48,244 nucleotides of DNA. It comes from Kiritimatiellia bacterium (GTDB lineage Bacteria; Verrucomicrobiota; Kiritimatiellia; RFP12; UBA1067). The notes beneath the pieces are model-generated. The model was not told the DNA's origin, did no database searches, and saw only the letters and a list, made by a program, of their open reading frames with translations. A program made the position numbers and the translations under genes. Numbering within the stretch: the first letter of the stretch is position 1; every line of letters starts with the position of its first letter. Positions 9,685 through 19,465 of this stretch are shown in pieces. Location of the stretch: positions 1-48,244 of the forward strand of contig JBMNFY010000012.1 of assembly GCA_050949565.1 (NCBI GenBank), given 5' to 3'.

Positions 9685-10956
9685 TCAGTCTCTTCTCAGA
9701 GCTTCAATCGGATCGAGCGATGCGGCACGCATTGCAGGATAAAGACCGAAGACGATACCGATGCCCGCGCTGATGCCGAAGGCGAGCAGCAGGCTGTAGG
9801 GCCGTACCACGGTCGGCATATCGGTGAAGGTCGTGATCAGCAACGGAATCGTGATGCCCACCAACAGCCCCGCCAAACCGCCGCCGAGTGACAACACGCA
9901 GGTGTTAATCAGGAACTGCACGACAATCCGGCTGCGTCGCGCACCAATCGCGCGCCGGATGCCGATCTCCTTGGTCCGCTCCGTGACCGAAGCCAGCATG
10001 ATGTTCATGATGCCGATGCCGCCCACCAGCAGGCTGATCCCGGCGATCGCCCCCAGCACGACGTTGTAAGTGCGCTTGGTGCGCTCCGCCTCGCGCAACA
10101 GGGTCAACGGCACATCGATGCGATAATCCTTCTTCTTGTGGAAGCGCGACAACACGGCTTCAATCGCTTTGCTACCCGGCTCCACGAGCGAGGTGTCAGC
10201 CATGCGCACAATGATCTGGCTGAGTTCAACCTTCTCGCCCTCCATACCGCCGGCCGAGTAGCGGATGTTGGCCTCGCCGAAGAGCTTGGTGCCGGTCGTG
10301 AGTGGGATGTAAACGTCGGCCTCGCTGTCGGGTGCGCGCACCGTGCCGCCGGCCTCGTTTTGCACGATGCCGATTACCTCGAATACACCCGACGCGATGC
10401 GGATGCGCTGGCCGACCATGTGTTCGCCCGCGAGGAGGCGGCGCACGCCGTGCTCGGTTAACACGCAGACGTTGGCGTACATCTGCAAGTCGTTCGGCGC
10501 AAGGGTACGTCCAGCCAGCACTGGTCGCCGCACGACCTCAAACCAACCGGGCACAGTCTCCACCACTCGCAACTCAAGCTGGCGCTCTTTGAGACGCGCC
10601 ATGCGGCGGGTCATACGTGCCGGGACGGTGAGCACTACGCCGGGCACGGTCTCGCGAATGCGCGCCTCGTCGTCATACAGCAAGCCGTAGATCGCCAGCC
10701 GACCGCGCTGTGCACCGGTGTTCGAGCCCTCTTCGTCGGTCGGCTTAACCGACATCACCATGATATTTTCGCTGCCGAGGCGCTTGATAGAATCCAGCGC
10801 CTGCTGGCTGGCCCCCTCGCCCACAGCCAGCATGGCGATCACGCTACCGACACCGAACACCACACCCAGCATCGTCAGGAACGAGCGCGTCTTGTGACGC
10901 CAGACATCCGTGAGACCCAACTTAATGAAAGGCCAGAAGTAGAGGATCTGGTTCAC
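9685..10956 (-). CDS. ABC transporter permease (MacB/FtsX family)
   Basis: RSFLTMLGVVFGVGSVIAM; ISLLVGGIGIMNIMLASVTERTKEIGIRRAIGA; FGLYPAMRAASLDPIEALR. Confidence 0.95.
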   Translation of the reverse strand: MNQILYFWPFIKLGLTDVWRHKTRSFLTMLGVVFGVGSVIAMLAVGEGASQQALDSIKRLGSENIMVMSVKPTDEEGSNTGAQRGRLAIYGLLYDDEARIRETVPGVVLTVPARMTRRMARLKERQLELRVVETVPGWFEVVRRPVLAGRTLAPNDLQMYANVCVLTEHGVRRLLAGEHMVGQRIRIASGVFEVIGIVQNEAGGTVRAPDSEADVYIPLTTGTKLFGEANIRYSAGGMEGEKVELSQIIVRMADTSLVEPGSKAIEAVLSRFHKKKDYRIDVPLTLLREAERTKRTYNVVLGAIAGISLLVGGIGIMNIMLASVTERTKEIGIRRAIGARRSRIVVQFLINTCVLSLGGGLAGLLVGITIPLLITTFTDMPTVVRPYSLLLAFGISAGIGIVFGLYPAMRAASLDPIEALRRD

Positions 10957-11678
10957 GATCGGATCTCCTCACTCGAGAGAATCACGCCGTCCTTCAGCAC
11001 GATTTTGGCCTTCGCGTACTCGGCGATGTCCAACTCGTGCGTGACCAGAATGATGGTCTTACCTTGATCGTGCAGTTCTTGGAAAAGTGCCATGATTTGC
11101 ACGCTGGTCGCGCTATCCAGATTGCCGGTGGGCTCATCGGCCAGCAACACGGCGGGGTCATTGGCCAGCGCACGCGCCACCGCGACGCGCTGCCGCTGAC
11201 CGCCGGAGAGTTCCGACGGCAAGTGGCGCAAACGGTGCGCGATACCCACGCGCTCAGCCAACACCTCCGCTTTCTGGCGGCGCTCGTTCGGCGGAACTCC
11301 CAGATAGAGCATCGGTACTTCGATATTCTCGTAGACCGTGAGCTGCGGGATCAGGTGGAAACTCTGAAAAACGAAGCCGAGATTGCGCAGACGGTGGTCG
11401 CTCAGTTCGTTGTCGTCCATCTCCGCGACATTCACGCCGTTCAGCCAGTAGGCACCACTCGTAGGACGGTCGAGGCAGCCGAGGATGTTGAGCATCGTGC
11501 TCTTGCCTGATCCGCTGGGGCCCATGATCGCCCAATAGGAACCGGTGTTGATCGAAAACGAAACACCGTCGAGGGCACGCACCGTCTCGTCGCCGACACG
11601 GTAGTAGCGCTTGACGTCATCCAGCCGCACCACCTCGTCCGCGCGCGGCCGCTCGCGTTCTGTGGTCCGGAGAATCAT
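10953..11678 (-). CDS. ABC transporter ATP-binding protein (MacB/LolD-like)
   Basis: Walker A GPSGSGKST, LSGGQRQRV, LLADEPTGNLD; overlaps both neighbours by 4 bp. Confidence 0.96.
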   Translation of the reverse strand: MILRTTERERPRADEVVRLDDVKRYYRVGDETVRALDGVSFSINTGSYWAIMGPSGSGKSTMLNILGCLDRPTSGAYWLNGVNVAEMDDNELSDHRLRNLGFVFQSFHLIPQLTVYENIEVPMLYLGVPPNERRQKAEVLAERVGIAHRLRHLPSELSGGQRQRVAVARALANDPAVLLADEPTGNLDSATSVQIMALFQELHDQGKTIILVTHELDIAEYAKAKIVLKDGVILSSEEIRS

Positions 11679-13312
11679 CCCTGACGGACACCTCCGGCAG
11701 GCGACGTTTTAGGCCCGTTGGACTCGCGGGCACGTCCGGCGGCGGGTTTGGCGGCCGTAGTTTTCGGTTTACGCGGGGCGCCGTCAGCGGGGCGCGCGCC
11801 ATTACCGCGGGCCGGTTCCTTGGAACGCTCGGATTCCTTGACCTCTTCCTGCTTCTCCTCTTTCACGGGCGGCGCCAACATAACCTCCTCGCCAGAGCGC
11901 ACGCCTTCGAGCACATGGATCATGCGGTTATTGTCGAGCCCGACGCGCACGATACGCGGCACCCACTCACCGCCGTCATTGACATAGACGCGCGGCACGC
12001 CCTCCACGCGCACCACGCACTGCACCGGCACATACAAGGCGTCTTCATAGGACTCCTTGATCAACTCGACCGCACAACTCATACCGGGGCGGATCGTAAC
12101 ATCCTTGAAGTCACATTCGATCTCGCACTTGTAGAGCTTGAGGTCGGGATTCAACTGTGCGCTCTGTCCGTCCGGCAGGATACCGATCTTGACCAGGCGG
12201 CCATCGAAGACCCGGCCCGGAAAGGCATCGATCTTCACGCGCGCCGGCATGCCGGTATCGATCTTGTTGAGGCTGGCCTCGGGGATCATGACTTCCACCA
12301 CCATGCCGGATTCGAGCGGAATATAGATCAGCTCTTGACGCTCCACCGCCATAGAGCCGACCTCCAGAGGTTTGATCCACCACTTGCGGCTGGCGATTTG
12401 CACCGTCGAAGCATACAGGATCATGCCGTTGGTCGGCGCGTAGATCTTGCTTTTCGAGATCTGGAAATTGAGCTCCGCCAGCCGGTTGGTAGCGCGGTCG
12501 CGCTCGCGAGTCCGCGCGTTTACCTCAGTCTCCACCTGACGTAAGGACGCCTTGTTTTGCCATTTGACACGCGCTAGTGCGCGTTCCGCCTTACGGCGCG
12601 AGCTTTCCAAGGTTGACCGCTGCTGCAACACCGTATAGTTGGTCAACACATTGATCTTACTCATCGCCATCTCAAGGTCGAGCTTCTTGCGCTGTAACGC
12701 CAACTCGTCGGCTTGCAACTCCGTGCGTGTCAGAAATCCTTCCTTGGCTAAACGTTGCGACCACTCCAGCTTCTCGGCGGCGCGCTTCAACTCCTCATCA
12801 GCCAGCGCGATATCCGCATCGTACTGCCGCACCTGTTGCGGGTAGTCGCCCTTCTGATACTTTTCAAGAGCCATGTTCGCCAACATCAGATCCACTTCGC
12901 GGTCCAACAGCGCCGCCTCGCAATCACCTTGCGTGATCCCGAGCTTCTCTTCGGCAATGATCAGATTCGCTTCGGCATTCGCCACCTTGATCTCTTGCTC
13001 ATTTTTCTTCTCAATCAGATCGCTAGAGTCAAACTCCAGCAACAGGTCGCCGGGCTGCACGTTGACACCTTCGTCGATCACCCAGATCACGGTGTTGTTC
13101 CCCTCAAGCTCACTGGAGATCACCGCCTTGTCCCGGCTTTGAATTGAGCCGCCCGATGTCACGGCGATTGTCAGCGGTCCGCGTTGCACGGTGAAGACGG
13201 GCACCTGTTCACCCACCGCACCGCTCTTGCGCGTGAACATCCAGACCGTCCCCGCCAGCACAACAACAAGTGTACCGATGATCCATTTTTTCTTTGAACG
13301 CTTCTTAACCAT
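11675..13312 (-). CDS. Membrane fusion protein (MacA/HlyD-like periplasmic adaptor)
   Basis: N-terminal TM anchor, EGVNVQPGDLLLEFD, long coiled coil, IYAPTNG, IRPGMS. Confidence 0.9.
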   Translation of the reverse strand: MVKKRSKKKWIIGTLVVVLAGTVWMFTRKSGAVGEQVPVFTVQRGPLTIAVTSGGSIQSRDKAVISSELEGNNTVIWVIDEGVNVQPGDLLLEFDSSDLIEKKNEQEIKVANAEANLIIAEEKLGITQGDCEAALLDREVDLMLANMALEKYQKGDYPQQVRQYDADIALADEELKRAAEKLEWSQRLAKEGFLTRTELQADELALQRKKLDLEMAMSKINVLTNYTVLQQRSTLESSRRKAERALARVKWQNKASLRQVETEVNARTRERDRATNRLAELNFQISKSKIYAPTNGMILYASTVQIASRKWWIKPLEVGSMAVERQELIYIPLESGMVVEVMIPEASLNKIDTGMPARVKIDAFPGRVFDGRLVKIGILPDGQSAQLNPDLKLYKCEIECDFKDVTIRPGMSCAVELIKESYEDALYVPVQCVVRVEGVPRVYVNDGGEWVPRIVRVGLDNNRMIHVLEGVRSGEEVMLAPPVKEEKQEEVKESERSKEPARGNGARPADGAPRKPKTTAAKPAAGRARESNGPKTSPAGGVRQG

Positions 13313-15041
13313 GATCCTCTCCGCTGGCCTCAATCCACATGCCAGTATCCGAAATCTTCAACACCCCCATATCGCGCTGCAGCTCGAGATCGCTCACCAG
13401 CCACTCGATCAACACCTTGCACAATGCGTTGCGCGCGTCTAACAAATTCTTCTGCGCCTCGAGCACGTCACGCATCTCCGCGCGTCCCGACTGCTGGAAC
13501 AGCGCGTTGCTCTCTACACGAAGGCGTGCCACCTTGACCGCCTCAACCTGATTCACATACGAGGCTCGCGCTGCAACCAGATTACGCAATCCACTGCGCA
13601 CCGCCTGTTTGACGGCGTCCTCGCGCTCCTCCAGCGATCGCTTGGCCTGCTCCAGAGCGATCAACTGCTTGCGAAACACATTACGTTCCCGCCGACGGTT
13701 CCAAGGCCAGTCGGCACGCACACCGGCATCCCACGTCTCCTCGCCTTCAAATCCGCTTTCACCGGTCGCGCGCGCCCGGTCCAGCCGCGCACCGCCGGTA
13801 AGCGCGACATCCGCGCGCAGCGCATCCGCCGCGATCTTCACGGCGCGCTCCGAATCTTCAACACGACAGCGCGTAACAAACAGATCATGCCGTTCAGACA
13901 GCGCGATGCGGCATGACTCCGCCTCGTCCGGATAGGCCGCCACCGCGTCGTCGCTGGCTTGCGCCCAACGTTCCATCTTTTGCTCCAACCGCTCGACCTC
14001 CGCCAGGTCCACCTCAACGCGCGCTTCCGGCGGCAGACCGAGCTTGAGCTTGAGCGCATCAAGCTTGACCTCATAGTTCTTACGCGCGTCAATCACGCTC
14101 TTGTTCGCCGCCAGCAAGTCGGAGCGCGCTTGGTCGACCTGAATGCGCTGCAAGCGTCCGGCTTCGAACATCATCTCGGCACGGCGGCTGTTCTCGGCCA
14201 GATTGCGCTCGTTGTCCAGCGCGTTCTGCACCCGCTGCACATACTCGATCACATCGAAGTAGGCAACCGCCACCGAAACCGCATACGTCTGCCGATAGTG
14301 CTCAAACGCACGAATCGCGTAAACCAGGTTCCGCTCCGCCTGTGTCAACGGCTCGCGCACGATGTCGCGCCCGGCACCGCGCATCAGCGGCAGCGTCATG
14401 GTCAGGTCGCCGGTTATCCCGAGCGAGCGCCAATCATCGCGCAACAGACTCACGACATCGAGCGCCAGACTGCCCGCGACCTCCGCGCCGCTCTCAAATT
14501 TGCGCGCGAAACCACCCGCCGTGCGCCCGGTGGCTTTCTCCGCTTCCGGATCGCCAGAGAGCAGCCCCAGCATCATACCGCTGAAGGTGGTGTCGAACTG
14601 ATACTGCTGATAATCAAGATCAAGTGCGGAGGTAAACACCGCCTCCTTCATGTTCTGGTAGGTGCGGTCATTACGCGCGGCCACGCACATGGCGTCCGGC
14701 AACGAGAGCGTCAACACGCCATTTGAAACCGAGAACGGGGCTGCATGCGGAATCTTGGGGAACACCACACCCTGCTCGCCGCGCACGACCGCCAGCAACG
14801 CAATACGCAACGTCAAGGCGTCCGCCGGACGGTGAACGTCAAACTCTCGGGTACTGCCGCTCTGCTGCTGCCAGAACTCCGTCGCCAAGCGCACGCCGGT
14901 CTCGTTGCTTTCGCGGTAAGCCTTCTCGGGCGTCATACACCCGGTTGCCACCACCATCGCGACCAACGCCGCAACGGCACAGCCAGCCGCAGCCAACCGC
15001 CAGGCAACACTCTCACGCAGGTTTTTCCCTGCCATCCGCAT
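13305..15041 (-). CDS. TolC-family outer membrane efflux lipoprotein
   Basis: Lipobox VATGC; PLMRGAG...EPLTQAERNLVYAIR, DVLEAQ motifs; first gene of the exporter operon; start uncertain (15035-15080). Confidence 0.85.
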   Translation of the reverse strand: MRMAGKNLRESVAWRLAAAGCAVAALVAMVVATGCMTPEKAYRESNETGVRLATEFWQQQSGSTREFDVHRPADALTLRIALLAVVRGEQGVVFPKIPHAAPFSVSNGVLTLSLPDAMCVAARNDRTYQNMKEAVFTSALDLDYQQYQFDTTFSGMMLGLLSGDPEAEKATGRTAGGFARKFESGAEVAGSLALDVVSLLRDDWRSLGITGDLTMTLPLMRGAGRDIVREPLTQAERNLVYAIRAFEHYRQTYAVSVAVAYFDVIEYVQRVQNALDNERNLAENSRRAEMMFEAGRLQRIQVDQARSDLLAANKSVIDARKNYEVKLDALKLKLGLPPEARVEVDLAEVERLEQKMERWAQASDDAVAAYPDEAESCRIALSERHDLFVTRCRVEDSERAVKIAADALRADVALTGGARLDRARATGESGFEGEETWDAGVRADWPWNRRRERNVFRKQLIALEQAKRSLEEREDAVKQAVRSGLRNLVAARASYVNQVEAVKVARLRVESNALFQQSGRAEMRDVLEAQKNLLDARNALCKVLIEWLVSDLELQRDMGVLKISDTGMWIEASGEDHG

Positions 15042-15127
15042 AAACACTTCCCCCATACACTCACCATGCGGCGCGCGCATTCGCTCCCCAGACGGCGCCC
15101 ACCGTGACCTTCTGGTCTAAACACTCA

Positions 15128-15500
15128 TGCGGGCAAGCCCGCAACCCAATTATTCCATCTCACGTCATCGGGCTTGCGAAGCGCAGGGAGGGGCAAGCGT
15201 CTGCTTGCCTGCGGACGAGCGACGCTCGTCCCTCCCATCCTTCCGCATAGCGGAAGGCGGCTCGTGGGGACACTCGCCCTCCAACCTTCGCGCCTTCGCG
15301 TGAAACAACAGAGCAGTGCTTTTACACTCATCATTGCGGCCAGCCCTGCACCTCCAAAAACCTCTGTGATCTCTGTGCTCTCTGTGGTTAAAAAACCGAG
15401 CAGTGCCCTCCAAAAGCCTCTGCGTCTCTGCGTCTCTGCGTTAAACAAACCCGAGCAGTGTCCTCCAAAAACCTCTGCGTCGCTGCGTTAACAAACCTGC
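15128..15500. repeat. Composite intergenic repeat block (several REP-like hairpins plus 8-9-mer tandem arrays in higher-order units)
   Basis: Hairpins gcgggcaagcccgc, ggacgagcgacgctcgtcc, cttccgcatagcggaag; arrays ccttcgcg x2, ctctgtg x3, ctctgcg x3 separated by ccgagcagtg(c/t)cctccaaaa. Confidence 0.85.
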
Positions 15501-16559
15501 TTCGCTCGGTACGATTCAACCTCCCAATTCTCGATGAATCCGCGCGCGCGGTCGCTCAAATACCGTATGCCGCCGAAGGCGCGCGCCAATCGCTTCACGC
15601 CGGCTCCGTCACGCGCCAACTCCAACGCCAGCCGCGCAACCTTGTCGCTCGCGCCAACGCCCAGCACCGCGCTGTCTCGTCACAACCACGCGCGGCGCAT
15701 AGCCGCGCACCTGCTGGAAGGCGCGCAGGTTGTCGACCGTCAGCGCACCTTCATACGGATACGACTTCGCATACACAATATGATCCGGCGAGATCGGCCC
15801 GTCGCCGACCTCAAAGCGACCGGCCGCCGCCACCGCGCCGGCGTCCGCCCCCAGCGCTTCGGCCAGCACACCATGCCACGCCGCCACCCGCGCGGCCTCC
15901 GGTGCCGGACCCTCCGGCACGGCGGCATCGACGCCCGCCGCCGCGTAGGCGTCCGCCAGCGCCTGCATTACGCGCGCATACGTCGCGCGCACCTCATCCG
16001 CCGTATCGCCGGAGACAAAGACGCCGTGATTTTCCAGAAAGATCAATGCAGGCTCGCACCCCTGCCGCGCGCGATACTCCCGGATCGCCTCGCGCACCGC
16101 CATGCAGAGCGTGTATCCGGGATCGGTGTAGGGCACCCACAGCGCATCCGGAAAAAGACGCGCGGCGGCCACGCTGCCGCCCACGGCGCAGGTCATCCCG
16201 TTGACCGCCATCGGATGGGTATGCACCACAAAACGCGCCGCCAGCGAATCGTGCAGCGGTGCCTCGACCGACGCGCGCCCCGGTGTCTCAGGCTTGACCG
16301 CCGCCGCCATCATGTTCTTCACCAGTTCCTCGCGCGCCGCCGCATCGTCCGGCGTCTGCGCGGTATAGAGATCCGCCAGCCGCGCACGATCCAGCGCCAC
16401 GAAACCTTGCGGCGTGAGCGCGGCCAACGTGGTGCCGGAAGGCTTGACCCACAGCGTGTCGTCAGTCTTGCAGGAAGTGTTGCCGCCGCCGGCTTTGACA
16501 TACTCGTCGCTGCCGAATTCGTGGGACAACTGGGTGATGGTGTCTAACAGGCTCGTCAT
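15488..16559 (-). CDS. rhaD: Class II aldolase, RhaD-like rhamnulose-1-phosphate aldolase; frameshift near 15677
   Basis: YVKAGGGNTSCK, KPSGTTL, ASVEAPLH, VVHTHP, SPDHIVY; the alternative frame after VVVT gives DSAVLGVG...FIENWEVESYRAKQVC-stop; directly downstream of rhaA. Confidence 0.75.
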
Positions 16560-16585
16560 AACTGATTTGATTTGCAAAGGTGGTC

Positions 16586-16617
16586 ATGCCGCAGGAGAGG
16601 CGTCACGCCTCCCCTAC
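16586..16617 (-). repeat. REP-like hairpin beginning GTAG
   Basis: Minus strand gtaggggaggcgtgacgcctctcctgc. Confidence 0.6.
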
Positions 16618-16630
16618 GACGCTGCGGCGA

Positions 16631-17893
16631 TTAGCGCTTCGACAACACGTTGGCCTCGTAGGTCTTGACCTCCTGCAACCACGCCGTGTCCAGCGGCACA
16701 TCTTCATCCTCGCAGAACTTGTCCCAGATCGCGCCGAACGGCATCGTCTTCGCCGTTTCGGTCCAGGCCAGACGCGACGCGTAATCTTCGCTCTTCTCGG
16801 CATCGGTCATCAGTTTGATCGGTTCGAGCATGGCGAAGAGCAACGCCTTCTGCATGGCACGCACGCCGATCACCCACGCCGCGATGCGGTTGATGCTGGC
16901 GTCGAAGTAGTCGAGCCCGATATGCACGCGCTTGAACTGATCGAGGCGCACCAGTTCCTGGGCAATGGCGAGCAGGTCATCGTTCACGATCACCACATGG
17001 TCGCTGTCCCAGCGGACGCCGCGACTGACGTGGAGCAGGATCTCCGGCACGAACAACAGGCAGGCGGAGAGCTTGTCCGAGATCGTCTCCGTCGGGTGGT
17101 AGTGGCCGGCGTCCAGTGTCAACACCTTCTGGTTCTTGACCGCGTATCCCATGTAAAACTCGTGCGAGCCGACCGTGTAGCTTTCAGCGCCGATGCCGAA
17201 AAGCTTGGACTCAATGGCATCCAGCATGTGCTTGGGGCTGAACTGCTCCTCGAAGCAGATATCCAGCGAGTCATTCAGAATCTTACGGGGTGTCGCGCGG
17301 TCAGCCGGAATGTCCTTAAAGCCGTCCGGAATCCAGACGTTGTTGACGCAGGGCGAGCCTAGCGCCTTGCCGATCGCCGCCGCGATGCGCCGCGTGGCGA
17401 TGGTGTGGCGGATCCAGAAGTCGCGGATCTTCTTCTTGCGGCTGGCCAGCGAAAAGCCGTCGAACATCGGGTGCGAGAAGAGGGTCGGATTGAAGTCCAT
17501 GCCCAGCCCGTTTTTCTTGGCCCAGTCAATCCAGCCCTTGAAGTGCTCAGGCTGCAGCGCATCACGGTCGACCTTCTTACCTTTTTCAAACTCAGCGTAA
17601 CAGGCGTGCACATTCACGCGATGCGAACCGCCGATCAACGAGAAGACAAAATCAAGGTCGCCGCGCAGCTCCTGCGGCGTGCGGGCGCGCCCCGGATAAT
17701 TGCCGGTCGTCTGGATGCCGCCCGTGAGATCGCCGTCAGGGTTCTCGAAACCGCGCACGTCATCGCCCTGCCAGCAGTGCAGCGAAATCGGGATCTTCAC
17801 CAACTTCTTCAGGGCCGCTTCCGCATCGACTCCAAGTTCCGCATACCGTTCACATGCCAGTTTGTATGCCGCTTCAACGCTCTTTTTGCTCAT
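16631..17893 (-). CDS. rhaA: L-rhamnose isomerase
   Basis: ISLHCWQGDDVRGFE, TGNYPGRARTP, DFNPTLFSHP, ESKLFGIGAESYTVGSHEFY, HVSRGVRWDSDHV, GLDYFDASINRIAAW. Confidence 0.98.
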   Translation of the reverse strand: MSKKSVEAAYKLACERYAELGVDAEAALKKLVKIPISLHCWQGDDVRGFENPDGDLTGGIQTTGNYPGRARTPQELRGDLDFVFSLIGGSHRVNVHACYAEFEKGKKVDRDALQPEHFKGWIDWAKKNGLGMDFNPTLFSHPMFDGFSLASRKKKIRDFWIRHTIATRRIAAAIGKALGSPCVNNVWIPDGFKDIPADRATPRKILNDSLDICFEEQFSPKHMLDAIESKLFGIGAESYTVGSHEFYMGYAVKNQKVLTLDAGHYHPTETISDKLSACLLFVPEILLHVSRGVRWDSDHVVIVNDDLLAIAQELVRLDQFKRVHIGLDYFDASINRIAAWVIGVRAMQKALLFAMLEPIKLMTDAEKSEDYASRLAWTETAKTMPFGAIWDKFCEDEDVPLDTAWLQEVKTYEANVLSKR

Positions 17894-18074
17894 GGATACT
17901 CTGCTCCTCTCTGGTTTCCGCCATGGACGGAAACGGATTCACCTGACTCTGACAACGGGGAACGACCGTCCCCGCCTCCGACATCTTTAAAACAAAGCTC
18001 TTATCTTACACTCCACGCCCATTAACTTCCAGCCAGAATGTCAGCAAACGAAAACAAAAAACCTCAAAAGAGCA

Positions 18075-18103
18075 TTGACAGCGCAAAACCGATCGTTTAG
18101 AGT
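18075..18103 (+). promoter_or_regulatory. Sigma70 promoter for tRNA-Phe/mnmA
   Basis: TTGACA-17 bp-TAGAGT about 50 bp upstream of the tRNA. Confidence 0.7.
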
Positions 18104-18151
18104 GGCACCCGTTTTTCCCCCAAGAAGGGGTTTTCCGAAAACGACGGTTGT

Positions 18152-18227
<76 letters not shown>

Positions 18228-18269
18228 TTTTTTTACACATTTCCCGTCCAACTCCCGTCAGAATGGCCC

Positions 18270-19421
18270 ATGAGCAACGCACGGCAAAATGAGACCCGAG
18301 GGCTCACCGTGGCGGTGGGCATGAGCGGTGGAGTGGACTCCGCCGTCGCAGTCTGGCTACTCAAACAACAGGGGTGTGATGTCATCGGGCTGACAATGAG
18401 CATCTGGGATGCCAAACGGCCCTTCACCCCAACAAAGCACAACGCCTGCTACGGTCCGGACGAAGCCGCGAACATCGCGGCGGCGCGCGCAACGGCTGAA
18501 CGTCTCGGCATCCCCCACCACACCATACCGCTGGCCGACGAGTATGAACGTCATGTGCTCAGCGCCTTCCGCAACCAAAATCTGGCGGGGCTCACCCCGA
18601 ACCCCTGCGCCCTCTGCAACCCTGTCATGAAGTTCGGGCTCCTGCCCGCCCGCGCCCGTGCGCTCGGTATCCGTTTCGATCGCTTTGCGACCGGCCACTA
18701 CGCGCGCATCGTACGCGACGAAACCGCCGGGCGTCTCCGTTTGTTGCGCGGTGCGGACCCAGACAAGGATCAATCCTATTTTCTCGCACGCCTCTCACAG
18801 GCGCAATTGGCCGAGATCCTCTTTCCGCTCGGCGACAAGACCAAGCATGAGGTACGCGCGCTTGCGCACGAAGCCGGACTAAGCGACCTGACCATGAAAC
18901 CCGAGAGCCAAGATTTCTTTGCGGGGGACGATATCTCGGTCCTCTTCGACGGTGCCGGCACCGTACCCGGCCCGATCGTGGATACTACCGGACGCATGCT
19001 CGGTCAACACCGCGGCATCATTCACTACACAGTCGGCCAGCGCGACGGCCTCGGAATCGCGGTGGGACGCAAGGTCTACGTCAAAGAGATCCGTGCCGAC
19101 TCCAACACGCTGGTCGTGGACGACCGCGAGGGCGTGCTGGCCGACACCTGCCGCGTGACCGACATGCAGTGGATCGCGGAAGCCCCGCCCGATGCGCCGC
19201 GCCCGGTCACCGCCCGGCTGCGCTACCGCCACAAGGGCACCGCCTGCCGCTATACGCTCCGTCCCGACGGCATGCTTGACCTGCGTTTCGACGAACCGCA
19301 GTTTGCCGTGACGCCGGGCCAGATGGCCGCGCTCTACGATGGCGACGAGGTCTTGGGCGGCGGCTGGATCGCCTCCGCGCCGTGCGCGGAGGCGAAGTTG
19401 AATTTAGGATTTAGGATTTAG
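18270..19421 (+). CDS. mnmA: tRNA-specific 2-thiouridylase
   Basis: GMSGGVDS, TPNPCALCN, ATGHYA, KDQSYFL, ESQD, YTVGQRDGLG, AVTPGQ. Confidence 0.96.
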   Translation: MSNARQNETRGLTVAVGMSGGVDSAVAVWLLKQQGCDVIGLTMSIWDAKRPFTPTKHNACYGPDEAANIAAARATAERLGIPHHTIPLADEYERHVLSAFRNQNLAGLTPNPCALCNPVMKFGLLPARARALGIRFDRFATGHYARIVRDETAGRLRLLRGADPDKDQSYFLARLSQAQLAEILFPLGDKTKHEVRALAHEAGLSDLTMKPESQDFFAGDDISVLFDGAGTVPGPIVDTTGRMLGQHRGIIHYTVGQRDGLGIAVGRKVYVKEIRADSNTLVVDDREGVLADTCRVTDMQWIAEAPPDAPRPVTARLRYRHKGTACRYTLRPDGMLDLRFDEPQFAVTPGQMAALYDGDEVLGGGWIASAPCAEAKLNLGFRI

Positions 19422-19465
19422 GAGTTAGGAGTCGTTCTGCATTCACACCATACATCAGGCCCTCA

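Noticed and set aside
9685-15041. Macrolide resistance (macAB) assignment
   Set aside because: The family is clear but substrate cannot be inferred; ATPase and permease are separate genes, so no symbol is given.
15125-15491. Small ORFs of 82-107 aa here, and similar ones at 982-1239 and 42021-42310
   Set aside because: They are translations of tandem repeats and hairpins (LRLCVSAL, TESTEITE).
15340-15500. CRISPR array
   Set aside because: Only 2-3 imperfect linkers, the spacers are themselves low-complexity repeats, and there are no cas genes in the window.
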